A stretch of DNA of 64,000 nt from Cytophagaceae bacterium (GCA_027490155.1 JAIXYP010000028.1:8132-72131); one strand, 5' to 3'; counted from the first letter of the stretch, positions 10,501 through 18,371 are shown. Program-made: numbers and translations. Notes: generated by a model from the letters alone, not told the origin.

Positions 10501-11219
10501 ACCGTAACTGTATTAGCAGCAGTAGTTGTCTTGATCGGATTAGTACCTTGTAGAACTGTCAATGCACCACCTGCAGAAGTCAATACTACTTTAGTAAAAG
10601 TGGTTGCAGTACTGCTGTTTGTGAGCGTAAGCTGCCTTGCAGTGCTAGCATGAAGGTTATTGATGGTTAACAAACCATGTGCCGCCCCCGAGTTGTTTGC
10701 AAGGGTATGATTAGCACCATCCACATTGACAGTTAGTGCATTGCTTGCTCCCCATCCAAAAGTACTGTAGTTGATTGTTGAAGCAGATGCAGCAGTTAGC
10801 CTAACAGTAGGACAAATAAAAGCTGCCCCCGCAATGGTCAGGTTCATAGGATTTGTGGTTCCTGATAACGTAGTTGACGTGAAACTAGTACCACTAGCTA
10901 CTGTCATGATAACAGTCCGACTCGTCCCTGAGGGATTATTGAACGTCAAAGTTCCAAAAGCAGTTGCAGGTACACCTGTTAAATCAGTTGTCGCATTCGA
11001 AACCGTAAATGTAATGTTATCTCCAGCTACTGGAGGGCCTGCGGGAGACCAAGTGATGCCAGACCAAGCTACAGATCCTGCAGCCAATGTTGCGGTATAG
11101 CTCGCTGCCTGACCCAATTGTGGCAGGATAAACACTAGGCCAATTGCTGCCAAAAGCCTCCAAGGCTTCAAGATTTGGTACGCAATATGATCCATTCTAA
11201 GCGTAAAGCGTTGTTTCAT
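1536..11219 (-). CDS. Giant (3227 aa) secreted repeat protein with a T9SS C-terminal sorting domain. Adhesin-like, G/T/S/N-rich, with a putative beta-helical architecture.
   Basis: N-terminal signal peptide (LLAAIGLVFILPQLGQAAS). Extremely Gly/Thr/Ser/Asn-rich low-complexity sequence with many N-x-T/S motifs. The C-terminal ~80 aa (…VYPNPVKGEFKLNVSGW…YIFKLTDGKGSQMTKVVKE) matches a Por/T9SS secretion tail. Confidence 0.85.
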   Translation of the reverse strand: MKQRFTLRMDHIAYQILKPWRLLAAIGLVFILPQLGQAASYTATLAAGSVAWSGITWSPAGPPVAGDNITFTVSNATTDLTGVPATAFGTLTFNNPSGTSRTVIMTVASGTSFTSTTLSGTTNPMNLTIAGAAFICPTVRLTAASASTINYSTFGWGASNALTVNVDGANHTLANNSGAAHGLLTINNLHASTARQLTLTNSSTATTFTKVVLTSAGGALTVLQGTNPIKTTTAANTVTVEGTGTFGANNMAFASGTALNLTAIGGNLTFNGMPASPVNMDVTLSADGSARNVSLRNPSSGGFRNVVVNANATWTPDNNAVNVSGNLTGAGSLNSSIAVSVAGNVNLTSNLTMSNVTLNVTGTTTLGGTMTLAGGTTTFGGAVNITGNVTASSSSINVNGSNNLTIGGNYSGTSGTLTVTGGLSVTGTLTTTTTGSFNITGPMSVTGTMNNQGSGTLTVGGNATFGTNLTRVGGNITLGGNLSVVGTFSVSSSPTITLNGSGVQSISYGAGTPALTTINITNTTGPISWSGSASISTNLTNATSGGLTFSTGTITFTVSGGGGAISGNSLITFNNLTGTRIGGSPAYTINCDVTVNGTFTGNGSSNFAFSFVKNATNTPRTLTFKGTFNRGGSQDFSCATFTTAGNLFHNVIFEGAAVDLNAGALFPTVTGTGAGAGASHGIDIYFRAPLGGQTVTGASASTGNTWRNFYVDGSTTGDVIWNYYANNTITGNFINNATADFTTPAGNKAGSGNNSDRFMFTGAGTHTIGTSGGAVIELNQLSSVNGATVQLLQDLTINKAGGGGSSVFDQRAFGIDATSFFDINGKTLIFNSNGTNSMEMIFARSSGGSWTNTASGTVYFKTATTVPNTISVSGNETFYNLRIAGTNGVTISGGSSRTLTIAGTLTLEAAFVPSGTTALAIGNSSKVIRNAGGSLSGGGSIVYPTGSNFYDLVYNGASTVAAGAEWVNAVNVRHLTIGPESGGANATGVTLAAIGSRSISGNLILNSGAASALNITGSGLPMATSGSTVYRYSTGTVSQAPTYPATINLFYGGNLTTGAELPAGAQANKLNNLTIDPGSSNTVTLASSANVGGNLLISTGTANLTAFTANRQTSGGSLTLAANTSLIIGGTNTFPSNYTSVSLATPSSTVDYNGTTQTVGIQNYGNLSISGVRGASNVTIPAGTIDINGAFTASTTFSSGAYLVDPANVINFSGANGQNIPEFNYQTLTSSNNNRTLTGVIGVAVAFAPGSGTYTTTASTLDYNGTSAQTVIAFLYNNLVVSGSRGVNNVTFANSGSVSVAGSLTLTASFGGGGYVMTGSTISYAGATQAVVPIPTVGYNNLTIAQTSGNATASNDLLVNGTFSITGGKLILNGNDLTIGASGSATVSSPSGTQMIDLGGTGSVIKEFASPAAASFVWPIGTGSGYSPASVSNLTATGSGSIAVQLFNTNSPNVADPSVAMDRYWSVAVAGLTISNTNASFTYLVGDVVGTEGSYVARRFNGGIWNNDGASISSRVITATGITALNGEWTAGESTAFASVSVFYSLGGDWNTPASWSQSGFGGPAAASVPTSSDLVQIGDGKTITVGGYAITASSLQLQPTGILQFDDVPSGINSLGSVTGSGILRFSNSTSTTPTFPGGSFSTFVGGSGGTVEYTGTGSYTIPNQATYNRLTFSGTGTKNVGSSILVNGQLIVSSGGVMGAVADLTLKGTVTVDGTVNQTAGTTLFNTGAAQTMNGAPTSCIFNNIELTAGTNLMNSISFGLRGNLVNSSNATTALECSAGTITFLGNTSQAINGGGTGRLQLSGLTINGTSRLTTGYSLEVTGDITNSSSGVSGVSFNQTSGTLTINGGTTQTFGGVGTGTWTVNELVLSGTTTLASTANMLITTNFTNNSTLATALDASGGSIGFLGTASTISGLGTGTINFYNLDINGAAKLTTSKGLRLRNNLNNNSTGQGGISMSVNNVEFEFNGATPQVVGGSGTGTLVFDDFIVLPNASVTASSNIEILGDFTNSSIGQSGISFVQSGGTTFFSGASIQTIAGAGSGTVTFNNLTISNTPSRINVSSSFSILGDFTNNSDGISSFAFSATVGTITFNGTSAQTMGGAGTGTIAFNNMAIGTAARINTTTNFTLAGNLTNNSAGIGSPALAFNATAGTLTFNGASDQNINGSGIGGIQLASIVISSTPSRVVASQSFSISGTWNNSSNGRSGNSFTSSATVTFNGVGSQSVTGSGTGTNIMTNTTVAFGTRVQSTLGFTFNGNITNSSNGVGGYSWDNSSRFTFNGGTTQSITGSGTGVIRFTGITINAGTRVNCDQNLENQTSSMTFNGSGLGSPALVFNQTAGQVTASVSGGGQNLGGTGTGGVVFYDLTLNSGAPGTYGLNKSFNVTNTFTVLGGSGNFTLGSTTADLTINTQDLLLSGSNASGGFATASPSGSNRNHTINVAGNVTVSGICSFSTTATNGGFMALTTINLDGSNRTISGAGQSVVNWAKVNLTGSYTNTATGDNLNIGTDNALISDGFGGSGSWTQGTNGKVNFNLQDSEWTLPGGNFVATATGNTVTFNATTTGARTLPVSTFNHLTINHSGSPTNTYTNTGALTVNGNLILTAGTLNMGNRDLYIGGTTTWTGTLSVADNTVTLASSGAQSLPGLSYLNVVKSGTGTATLLGNTTVRNSLGLGAGTLATGGFNLNLGVTAGDVIDISRAVGTISSAPVFVPGVIYNYTYNPTASATVTLGNEMLPASNTTDLHNLTINHTGSPLSSIVADRNLTINGVLTLTAGKLNVSSRVLTFNGTSIARSSGTLVTNGGASGTELVFGTNGSSMAFPAGSFDSNPSSVKNITQSRVGNVSFSDQDINVSGAINFTADGFLNTGASKFSLGTTGVVTNETNARYVRGRLESVRDVSLPTSTIDFGGMGVKMRNYTQSLGSSLTVFRIAGVVEAISPGNSPGLSGNSSARTRWEVTNVTTQPTAGVELELTWFGDNDNVGGCGSCAVGRMAIYTRPDASSPWTRLRNGDVYMNADAGSDLRKLYVVARHFSDFTPGYEAAPLPVSLAQFSGATTTSGVQLQWTTASERNANRFEIQRSINGQEFVTIGSTKAIGNSSVIRRYAYLDAGQAGGVYYRLRSVDNDNSAELSNVIFVEATNGERRLSVYPNPVKGEFKLNVSGWDVRQAVSAMLIGADGKMVWGGFVTPADAERHINGMLSVLPSGMYIFKLTDGKGSQMTKVVKE
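4140..5900 (-). repeat. Tandem array of about 10-11 degenerate ~55-aa repeats inside the giant protein. Consensus roughly TFNG-x3-Q-x-I-x-G-x-GTG-x-I-x-F-x-L-x-I…R…F-x3-G-x3-N(N/S)S-x-G.
   Basis: Read on the reverse complement: TFNGTSAQTMGGAGTG…, TFNGASDQNINGSGIG…, TFNGVGSQSVTGSGTG…, TFNGGTTQSITGSGTG…, TFNGSGLGSPALVFNQ…. The boundaries are approximate. Confidence 0.6.
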
Positions 11220-11294
11220 GGTTAATGAGGTGTGTTTTTTCAGTAATCACCAAATTGTAACTTACTGTGTAAAGTATGATGCAATTTTGGTACC

Positions 11295-11302
11295 CAAATT
11301 TA
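11295..11302 (-). promoter_or_regulatory. Candidate Bacteroidetes-type -7 promoter element (TAnnTTTG) upstream of the giant gene
   Basis: The reverse complement reads TAAATTTG about 75 nt upstream of the ATG at 11219. Confidence 0.25.
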
Positions 11303-11494
11303 CAGAAATGGGTTCTAAAACGCAATGACTGTTGTGTTATTGTGTAATTTTTTCGGTTTTGGTAGCTGTTTTACAATATTTAGTTAGGCCAATCGACTTT
11401 AACAGGGGCAAAAATACCCCAGCCGCCCTCGACCATTGTATTTTAGCATAACCCGAACAAGGTTCAGGTTCAATATTCGTTACCTTTACCGGTA

Positions 11495-12808
11495 GTGATG
11501 AGGCGACGCCACCAAACCAGCAATTCCTTGACAACGACTAGACCCAAATTCGAAAACAATGCTTTTGCCTCTTTGCTTTGGCTAGGTATTGTCGTCCTGA
11601 GTATCTGGATGTTGTCAGGTTGTGCCAGCCAAACCCCACTCAGCAAAACCAATCTAGAGTACCAACTCGACACTCGAATCCCTATCCAAGCGCAGTCCCG
11701 TTGCTGGATTGTGGGCGACTCAACCTATATCATTAGCAAAATAAAACTTGCTGACCTTGGCGCTGAAGTCGCAGACAATAGCCTTCGGGACCGATTTAGG
11801 CTCAGTTGGGCACTTTATGCCTCTTATGACGAAAGCGAACCGTTGGCTCAAGACTCCGTGTATGGCTATCAGGTTTATCGGTATGATGACGGCGACTTTG
11901 GTCTCAAGGTAAGTTTACCAAAGACCTTACAAGCATCAACACAAGTCTGGGTCCTGAACTTGCAAGAAAAGTCCAACAGCCTACAATACCAACACGACCT
12001 ATTGGTCGATCTCCAGAGTTATGAGGCAGCCTACCATTTGGCGCTCAAACGACCTCAAGACCCTTTACCATTACCAAACAACCACTTCAGTACGACAGAT
12101 ACCCTTGAGTTATTAGGTCCCCCGAATACACAGTTATATATCAAGTACCTAGCAGATCCTTTCCCCGCCGCTTTGCCAGCCATGGCTATAAGTGGAAGTG
12201 CGAAGGGGCCAGGCATCACCAGCCTTGGTCCAGTCAGCCAGACACAGCGCATCACCTTTAGCAATGCGGGCTTGTATCAATATGTATCGGACACAAGCAA
12301 TAAGCGGACACCTGGACTTAGCTTTGTGGTCCGGCCCCCACTATTTCCTAAGGTTGCCAAAACCCAAGACCTTATCAACCCCCTGATCTACATCACGACC
12401 AGGGACGAAAAAAAACGCCTGGCCGAAAGCGATGCCCCAAAATTAACCCTGGACCAATTCTGGATCAATATTGGCTCCAACCCTGACAATGCTCGCCGCA
12501 TCATACGCGAATATTATCAGCAGGTTGAAGGTGCTAACCAACTGTTTACCAACTACAAAGAAGGCTGGAAGACGGACAAGGGAATCATTTACATCGTGTT
12601 TGGCAAGCCAGACAAGGTTTATAAGTCAGACCTAATCGAGACCTGGGTCTACACATCGGCTAGCGCCCAACAACAATATAAGTTTGACTTTACACGCAAG
12701 CCCACCATTTTTACACCTGATAACTGGGAGCTGAACCGATTTAGCGAATATGCTGACTTCTGGTACAGCACTGTTGACTCATGGAGAAGAGGAATTTTAA
12801 GAAACTAA
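11495..12808 (+). CDS. GWxTD domain-containing lipoprotein
   Basis: C-terminal NYKEGWKTDKGIIYIVFGKPDKV matches the GWxTD domain signature. N-terminal signal peptide with LSGCAS lipobox. Confidence 0.75.
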   Translation: MMRRRHQTSNSLTTTRPKFENNAFASLLWLGIVVLSIWMLSGCASQTPLSKTNLEYQLDTRIPIQAQSRCWIVGDSTYIISKIKLADLGAEVADNSLRDRFRLSWALYASYDESEPLAQDSVYGYQVYRYDDGDFGLKVSLPKTLQASTQVWVLNLQEKSNSLQYQHDLLVDLQSYEAAYHLALKRPQDPLPLPNNHFSTTDTLELLGPPNTQLYIKYLADPFPAALPAMAISGSAKGPGITSLGPVSQTQRITFSNAGLYQYVSDTSNKRTPGLSFVVRPPLFPKVAKTQDLINPLIYITTRDEKKRLAESDAPKLTLDQFWINIGSNPDNARRIIREYYQQVEGANQLFTNYKEGWKTDKGIIYIVFGKPDKVYKSDLIETWVYTSASAQQQYKFDFTRKPTIFTPDNWELNRFSEYADFWYSTVDSWRRGILRN

Positions 12809-13566
12809 GGCCAGGGGCCAATGCTAGCAAAGAATCAATAGTCTTTGGTATCCGTGCTGTCGAGGAAGCCCTCAAGGCCAACCGTGAGATCGAAAAGATC
12901 GTGATCAGCACTGTAGCCGAAGGCTATCAGTATGCCACATTGCTCACGATGGCACGCAACCGCAACATTGCGGTCCAGAGGGTCCCGCGAGAAAAGATCG
13001 AGCGTGAAGCCAATGGCAACCATCAAGGTGTGCTGGCCTACCTATCAGCCGTGATCTACCAGCCTTTGGCCGATGTCATTCAGCATTGTCAGGACCAAGG
13101 ACGCGATCCATTTATTCTGATCTTGGACAGGATAACGGATGTAAGGAATATTGGTGCAATTGTCCGGACCGCAGAGTGCGCTGGGGTCGATGCTGTGGTG
13201 GTGCCTATCAAGGGTAGCGCCATGCTCAACGCCGATGCCATGAAAACATCTGCAGGTGGGCTCAACTACATCCCTGTTTGTCGCGAGCCTGATCTGGTCG
13301 AGACGGTTAAGTATCTGCAAGCTAGCGGCCTCAAGGTTGCAGCTTGTACAGAGGATGCCGCCGCAACTATCTTCGAGACTGACCTAAATGGACCTTGCGC
13401 TATTATTATGGGCTCCGAAGGCGAAGGCATCGAGAATGCACTACTCCGAATCTGTGATCATTTGGTCAAGATCCCGATGTTTGGCCGCCTTGGCTCGCTA
13501 AACGTGTCTGTTGCAACCGCCTTAATTACTTATGAGGTCGTGCGCCAGCGCCATTATGTAGTCTAA
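12781..13566 (+). CDS. rlmB: 23S rRNA (guanosine-2'-O)-methyltransferase RlmB (SpoU/TrmH family)
   Basis: SpoU substrate-binding N-terminus plus SPOUT methyltransferase motifs (NIGAIVRTAECAGVD…, IIMGSEGEGI, SLNVSVA). Overlaps the upstream gene by 28 nt. Confidence 0.85.
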   Translation: MEKRNFKKLRPGANASKESIVFGIRAVEEALKANREIEKIVISTVAEGYQYATLLTMARNRNIAVQRVPREKIEREANGNHQGVLAYLSAVIYQPLADVIQHCQDQGRDPFILILDRITDVRNIGAIVRTAECAGVDAVVVPIKGSAMLNADAMKTSAGGLNYIPVCREPDLVETVKYLQASGLKVAACTEDAAATIFETDLNGPCAIIMGSEGEGIENALLRICDHLVKIPMFGRLGSLNVSVATALITYEVVRQRHYVV

Positions 13567-13629
13567 TTGCGTGGCCTAAGCGTCATTTTGGGATTTTCTG
13601 GCTTCCGTGTTAGGGATCCTTAACAAAAG

Positions 13630-14583
13630 CTATTCTTGGCTCGCCTTGAATAGCTTTTGTTTTTCCTCCTTACTCAATGACTCATAACCAGTCTTAGAGA
13701 TTTTCTCGAGTATGTCATCGATTTCGGCCTCAGTTGGTTTGCCATCGGCGAGTTGGCTAGGGACGGGATTGCTAAAATTACTGCGCTGTGAGCGACCAGT
13801 ACTAGAAGTAGTTGCCGTTGGCCGTGCAGTGGTATGCTGAAAATTACGGCTTGTGACCTTGAGCTTAGGTTTGCGATCGAACAAGCGCTGGAAAAAATCA
13901 AGAACCCATAAAACAGGTGCACCAAGATCACGCCCGGACCGCAGCTGCCTAATGAAAACATAGCCTAATAAAGCTCCCCCAAGGTGTGCAATATGGCCAC
14001 CGGCATTACCTTCTGGCATCGAGACTACAGAAAGCACCACATAGAACAAGGCGATAAATTTGATCCTGACAGGACCAATCAGGATAAGATTGAAAGTATA
14101 ATTCGGCATCAGGGTTGCCGCACCAACAACGCAGGCATAAACTGCACCACTAGCCCCATAAAGCACTGTAAGCCGATCAGTACCCAGCACCGGCAGGAGG
14201 TTGAACAATAACAAAAAAACCGCAGCACCAGCAAGTCCGCCCAGTATATAAAGAGCTGTCAGACGGCGTGCACCTATGTACTCCTCTATCAATGAACCAA
14301 AGTAAAAGAGGAACAGCATGTTGGACAGGATATGCCAAATGCTTTCATGATAAAAGAAATAGGTAATGATGGTCCAAGGACGCCAAAGTAGCAGCTCTAG
14401 GTTACTTGGCAGCATTACATAGACAGATATGGCATCAAACAAAACCGCCGAACCCGACAAGAATGCAACTAGCTTCAGGATAGCCACCGCCAGAAATATG
14501 ATCACATTGATCATGATCAAGCGGTTGACTATGCTGGCATGATAGCCAAATTGTAATTTAATATCGTCCCAGATGGTGGTCAC
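13630..14583 (-). CDS. Rhomboid family intramembrane serine protease
   Basis: Multi-TM protein with GASGAVYA (catalytic Ser) and HLGGALLGY (catalytic His), plus a soluble lysine-rich C-terminal tail. Confidence 0.85.
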   Translation of the reverse strand: MTTIWDDIKLQFGYHASIVNRLIMINVIIFLAVAILKLVAFLSGSAVLFDAISVYVMLPSNLELLLWRPWTIITYFFYHESIWHILSNMLFLFYFGSLIEEYIGARRLTALYILGGLAGAAVFLLLFNLLPVLGTDRLTVLYGASGAVYACVVGAATLMPNYTFNLILIGPVRIKFIALFYVVLSVVSMPEGNAGGHIAHLGGALLGYVFIRQLRSGRDLGAPVLWVLDFFQRLFDRKPKLKVTSRNFQHTTARPTATTSSTGRSQRSNFSNPVPSQLADGKPTEAEIDDILEKISKTGYESLSKEEKQKLFKASQE

Positions 14584-14677
14584 AGTGATGGTTAAGCGTT
14601 AGATGGTCGATCGATAGTGGTAGTACTTTCGGTTATTGCCTTAAAGGGTCGTTCTATGCCGATTGCTTAAGGCAATC

Positions 14678-15556
14678 CTAGTAAAACGTACGGGCATTCC
14701 GACGCCAGTACATTACAAAAATCCAGCCAAATATCATCCCACCCAGGTGGGCATAGTGCGCCACATGGTCGTCAGGGGAGTCTTGAATTACGCGGTAAAT
14801 ATCGTAGGCCATATAGCCAGCTACAATAAACTTTGCCTTAATCGGTATTGGCGGAAAGAGCAAGACGAGCTCGGTATTTGGGAATAGAAGCCCAAAGGCC
14901 ATCAAGATACCCATGATGGCACCAGAGGCACCGACCATCGGAGTATTGATCGCCTGCTGAAGCTTGACAGTAACATACCTCCGTGCCTCATGTATATACT
15001 CTGTCTTGTCGTCATCCTTGCCAAACTTCCGGAACCAGTCTAGGTTTGACCTATAGAGCTGGGTATCGTTTGCACTCATGAACCTAGCCAAATTGTCAGG
15101 TGTTGTGCTGCGCATTACCTCTGCCGCCTCCGTTTTCATCTGGCTGATCTCGATGGTATTGGTGGCGACATAGATAGCACCAGCGCCAACGGCCGTCACG
15201 AGGTAGAATGTCAAAAAGCGCTTTGCACCAACCGCATAGTCCAGCATGGGTCCAAAAACCATCAGACCCAACATATTGCCAAACAAGTGCCCAATGTCCG
15301 AGTGAACAAAAGCCGCCGTCAAGAACTGAAAAATCATGAAGTCCTGAGATTCGGGATTGTGCAGGCCAAGATACTTGACTATCAGGGATTTGAACGCCGA
15401 CTCGTATCCCTGACTTGCTAGGTCAGCTGGCAATAGGGCCATCAACTGATCACCTAGATCCAATATGGTTACGACTCCGCCCAGCACAAAGGGCAGCGCA
15501 AAGATGACTACATTGGCAATCAATAACCTCAGGACTGTGGGTGACAGTTGTACCAT
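14678..15556 (-). CDS. Rhomboid family intramembrane serine protease (second, tandem copy)
   Basis: GASGAIMGILMAFG and HYAHLGGMIFG motifs. Multi-TM. Confidence 0.85.
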   Translation of the reverse strand: MVQLSPTVLRLLIANVVIFALPFVLGGVVTILDLGDQLMALLPADLASQGYESAFKSLIVKYLGLHNPESQDFMIFQFLTAAFVHSDIGHLFGNMLGLMVFGPMLDYAVGAKRFLTFYLVTAVGAGAIYVATNTIEISQMKTEAAEVMRSTTPDNLARFMSANDTQLYRSNLDWFRKFGKDDDKTEYIHEARRYVTVKLQQAINTPMVGASGAIMGILMAFGLLFPNTELVLLFPPIPIKAKFIVAGYMAYDIYRVIQDSPDDHVAHYAHLGGMIFGWIFVMYWRRNARTFY

Positions 15557-15669
15557 ATCGTGAACAAGTATAGGATAAAATCACCTTGCGGTACTTCAAA
15601 AATCAACCCAAACTACTCAGTCATACCTTAGGTAGCTCATTCTGGCAGATCATGCCATGGCGTTACAGC

Positions 15670-16122
15670 CTATTTTGGCTGGTACTTTTTAGGAGCATAC
15701 AGGAATCCGAAAGCCTCAGCACCTTCTTTGTCAGTGTACTTGTGGTGGACTTTATGTGCACGTATCAGCCGTTTCATGTAGATGCTTGTGGCCTTGTACG
15801 GTATCTTGATCCGACGATGGACAATGATGTCATGGAAGATGACGTAAAAAATGCCATATCCTGTGATCCCGAGGCCAATCCAGAAAAGAGGATTCAGAGC
15901 CTCCACTTCAAGGCCAACTATAATTGTAGCTATGGCTGGCAGACTGAATACGACTGCAAACAAATCGTTACGCTCAAAGACACCGTCATACGGGGCATGG
16001 TGACTCTTATGCCAAGACCATAAAAATCCGTGCATGATGTACTTATGAGTGAACCATGCAGCCCCTTCCATAAAGAAGAAGGTGCCGACCATTAACAAAA
16101 TATTAGCCCAGGTGGGTAGCAT
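15670..16122 (-). CDS. crtZ: Beta-carotene 3-hydroxylase CrtZ (fatty-acid hydroxylase superfamily)
   Basis: 150 aa with His boxes HKSHH, HDIIVH and HKVHH, and the C-terminal EGAEAFGFLYAP motif typical of CrtZ. Confidence 0.9.
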   Translation of the reverse strand: MLPTWANILLMVGTFFFMEGAAWFTHKYIMHGFLWSWHKSHHAPYDGVFERNDLFAVVFSLPAIATIIVGLEVEALNPLFWIGLGITGYGIFYVIFHDIIVHRRIKIPYKATSIYMKRLIRAHKVHHKYTDKEGAEAFGFLYAPKKYQPK

Positions 16123-16612
16123 AGCTTAGGTTATATAAAGGACCAATTTGGGCCTGAGGCGATACCATTATGCGCAGTCTAGGACTCAGCTGGCCATAAT
16201 TAAAGTATCAAACGACCCTACAAATTAACGGCAAGTTTGTGGCCATTGTTTCGCCTAGGGCCCAAAACAGATAACTATTACTCCCAGTCAGGTGATCTAG
16301 GTGGCAGGCGATCAAAAAAGTTGGTCAAAAGTCAACCATTTCAGACGGCTAATCCGTCAGAAAAGCATATGTCTAACAAAAAAAGTCACCTTGGCGCGAC
16401 AGGCTGGTAAATATGACCGAGATAAACGCTATGATCTCAGTGCCAAACTCATCGCATTCATAGCCCCATGGATTCAGACGGCGCTGACCTACGGGACATC
16501 TTGATGCCATGTGACCGACAGGCAATTGGTGAAATCCGATAAATCTAAGCAAGGCATACCTTATGACCTAACCTTAATCTTGGGAGGTGTCCTCAAAAAA
16601 CAAGAAAATCAG

Positions 16613-17506
16613 CTACAAAGCCTGCAATGCCACCTGGACTTGCTCCATCAGCCAAAGTGGTGTGGACGTTGCCCCACAAATGCCTACCGAGTCCGAAGGC
16701 GAAAACCAGCTAGGGTCTATACCTGCAGGATTACTTACAAAAAAAGTACTCGGATTCGTGTCCTTGCAGACGTTAAAGAGCACTTTACCATTGCTGCTCT
16801 TACTCCCGCTTACGAATACGATTTTATCAAAATGCTTGGCGAAGTTCCTGAGCTCAGCGTCTCTATTACTTACCTGCCGGCAGATGGTATCGTTAGAGCG
16901 AACCTCGATGCCATGATCCTCAAATGTCTGTACAATTTCGTAGAACTTGTCTGTACTCTTGGTCGTCTGACTGTAGAGGGTGATACTTTTCGGCATGGTC
17001 TCTAGGTCGAGTTCAGCAATGTCCTGAAACACAATCGCCTCTTGATGTGTTTGGCCCAAAAGTCCTATCACCTCTGCATGACCATGTTTACCATAGAGAT
17101 AGATCTTGTCTCCTTTGTCATAACTATTCCGGATCCTGTTCTGTAGCTTTAGCACCACAGGGCAGCTGGCATCTATAAGTTCTAGGTTATTCTCAAGGGC
17201 AATTTGGTAGGTGGCAGGTGGCTCGCCATGTGCCCTGATTAGCACACGCGTGTCACGAAGGCTCACCAATTTATCATGGTCGATTATCTCTAGTCCTTTG
17301 GCCTCCAACCTTCTGACCTCCTCATCGTTGTGGACAATATCGCCAAGGCAATACAGGTGGCCAAATTCGTTAAGGATGTCCTCTGCCATCTCGATGGCAT
17401 AGACAACGCCAAAGCAAAAGCCTGACCCCGAGTCAATGCTAACTCTGAGCCCCAGTTTAGAGCCACTGTCCTGCGCTGTAAGATTATTGGAGGCTGAGAC
17501 TACCAT
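16613..17506 (-). CDS. ispH: 4-hydroxy-3-methylbut-2-enyl diphosphate reductase IspH/LytB
   Basis: SGFCFGV…, the HN motif, three conserved Cys, and an overall LytB fold signature. Confidence 0.9.
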   Translation of the reverse strand: MVVSASNNLTAQDSGSKLGLRVSIDSGSGFCFGVVYAIEMAEDILNEFGHLYCLGDIVHNDEEVRRLEAKGLEIIDHDKLVSLRDTRVLIRAHGEPPATYQIALENNLELIDASCPVVLKLQNRIRNSYDKGDKIYLYGKHGHAEVIGLLGQTHQEAIVFQDIAELDLETMPKSITLYSQTTKSTDKFYEIVQTFEDHGIEVRSNDTICRQVSNRDAELRNFAKHFDKIVFVSGSKSSNGKVLFNVCKDTNPSTFFVSNPAGIDPSWFSPSDSVGICGATSTPLWLMEQVQVALQAL

Positions 17507-17539
17507 AGTAGCAAAAAATCGGTGGAGTTTGGTCTAAGG

Positions 17540-18310
17540 TTAACCAGATACTAGTTCTTTTTGTTCGGATTTGGACTTCACGATCTCATAGATCGTGATG
17601 TTCATTAGCAAAAGTAGAAGGCTGTAGAGGCTATCTTCAATTGGTATATTCAGGAAAGTGACCCCTGTCAGGTCCTTGACCCTGATGCCAAGATTATGGG
17701 CAGGGTCATAGCTCACGACAGGCATAAACGTCAATACACCATTCACTAGCAGAAAGGGGATGATCGTGAAAAGGTAGGCTATCCAGAAACGACCTAGGTA
17801 CTTATCCTTAAACCATAAGATGTGTGCCACCAACGCCACGGCAGTCAGCCCAAGTTTGATAGAGGTGTAAAGTTTGTCATAGTTGGCTATGGCCACAATA
17901 GCCAGCGCCAGAGCCACTAACCAAGTCAAAGGCACAGAAACCTGGCGCCAAGTGTTTGGGTTTGGCAAAAAGTATAGCACACACTCATAAATAAACACGC
18001 AGCTGAACGGGACGGTTACGAAGAATAGCCACTCTTCAATAGGCAGGCCGAGCCACCAAACGCCGATCACATAAGCTGGGTTAAAACTCCAGATACCCCA
18101 AGCGGTGAACAAGGCATCCCATCCGATGAAAAACACCCCAGCGATTAGGATTCCTGGCACCAAGTATACCCACTTCCGGACGTAGTTTATACGAGGTTCG
18201 AAGCTCCGGACCAACGGAAAACTAATAATGAACAAGTGAAGCGCCAAGTAGGTATAATGCCCTACCTGATCAAACAAATTGCGTACTGCCTCGTTGATCG
18301 CCTCGTTCAT
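17540..18310 (-). CDS. crtY: Lycopene cyclase-domain protein (fused CrtYcd-type lycopene beta-cyclase)
   Basis: Polytopic membrane protein of 256 aa with duplicated lycopene-cyclase-domain architecture. Sits between crtB and ispH/crtZ. Confidence 0.7.
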   Translation of the reverse strand: MNEAINEAVRNLFDQVGHYTYLALHLFIISFPLVRSFEPRINYVRKWVYLVPGILIAGVFFIGWDALFTAWGIWSFNPAYVIGVWWLGLPIEEWLFFVTVPFSCVFIYECVLYFLPNPNTWRQVSVPLTWLVALALAIVAIANYDKLYTSIKLGLTAVALVAHILWFKDKYLGRFWIAYLFTIIPFLLVNGVLTFMPVVSYDPAHNLGIRVKDLTGVTFLNIPIEDSLYSLLLLLMNITIYEIVKSKSEQKELVSG

Positions 18311-18371
18311 TTAAGGTATTGGTGATACGGCTAGTCTTGTTTTTTTATATTTCAGACCTGTTGGTTACAAT

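Noticed and set aside
1952-10653. Numerous plus-strand ORFs of 60-216 aa inside the giant minus-strand gene (for example 10003-10653, 9346-9699, 4810-5151)
   Set aside because: They are antisense to a continuous 3227-aa ORF with coherent protein features. The antisense frames have Pro/Val/Leu-rich composition, typical of shadow ORFs opposite G/T/S/N-rich coding sequence.
16301-17005. Plus-strand ORFs 16301-16504 and 16511-17005 in or near the ispH region
   Set aside because: 16511-17005 largely overlaps ispH on the opposite strand. 16301-16504 has no features or signal. They are best treated as non-coding until supported, and the region is flagged as a gap instead.
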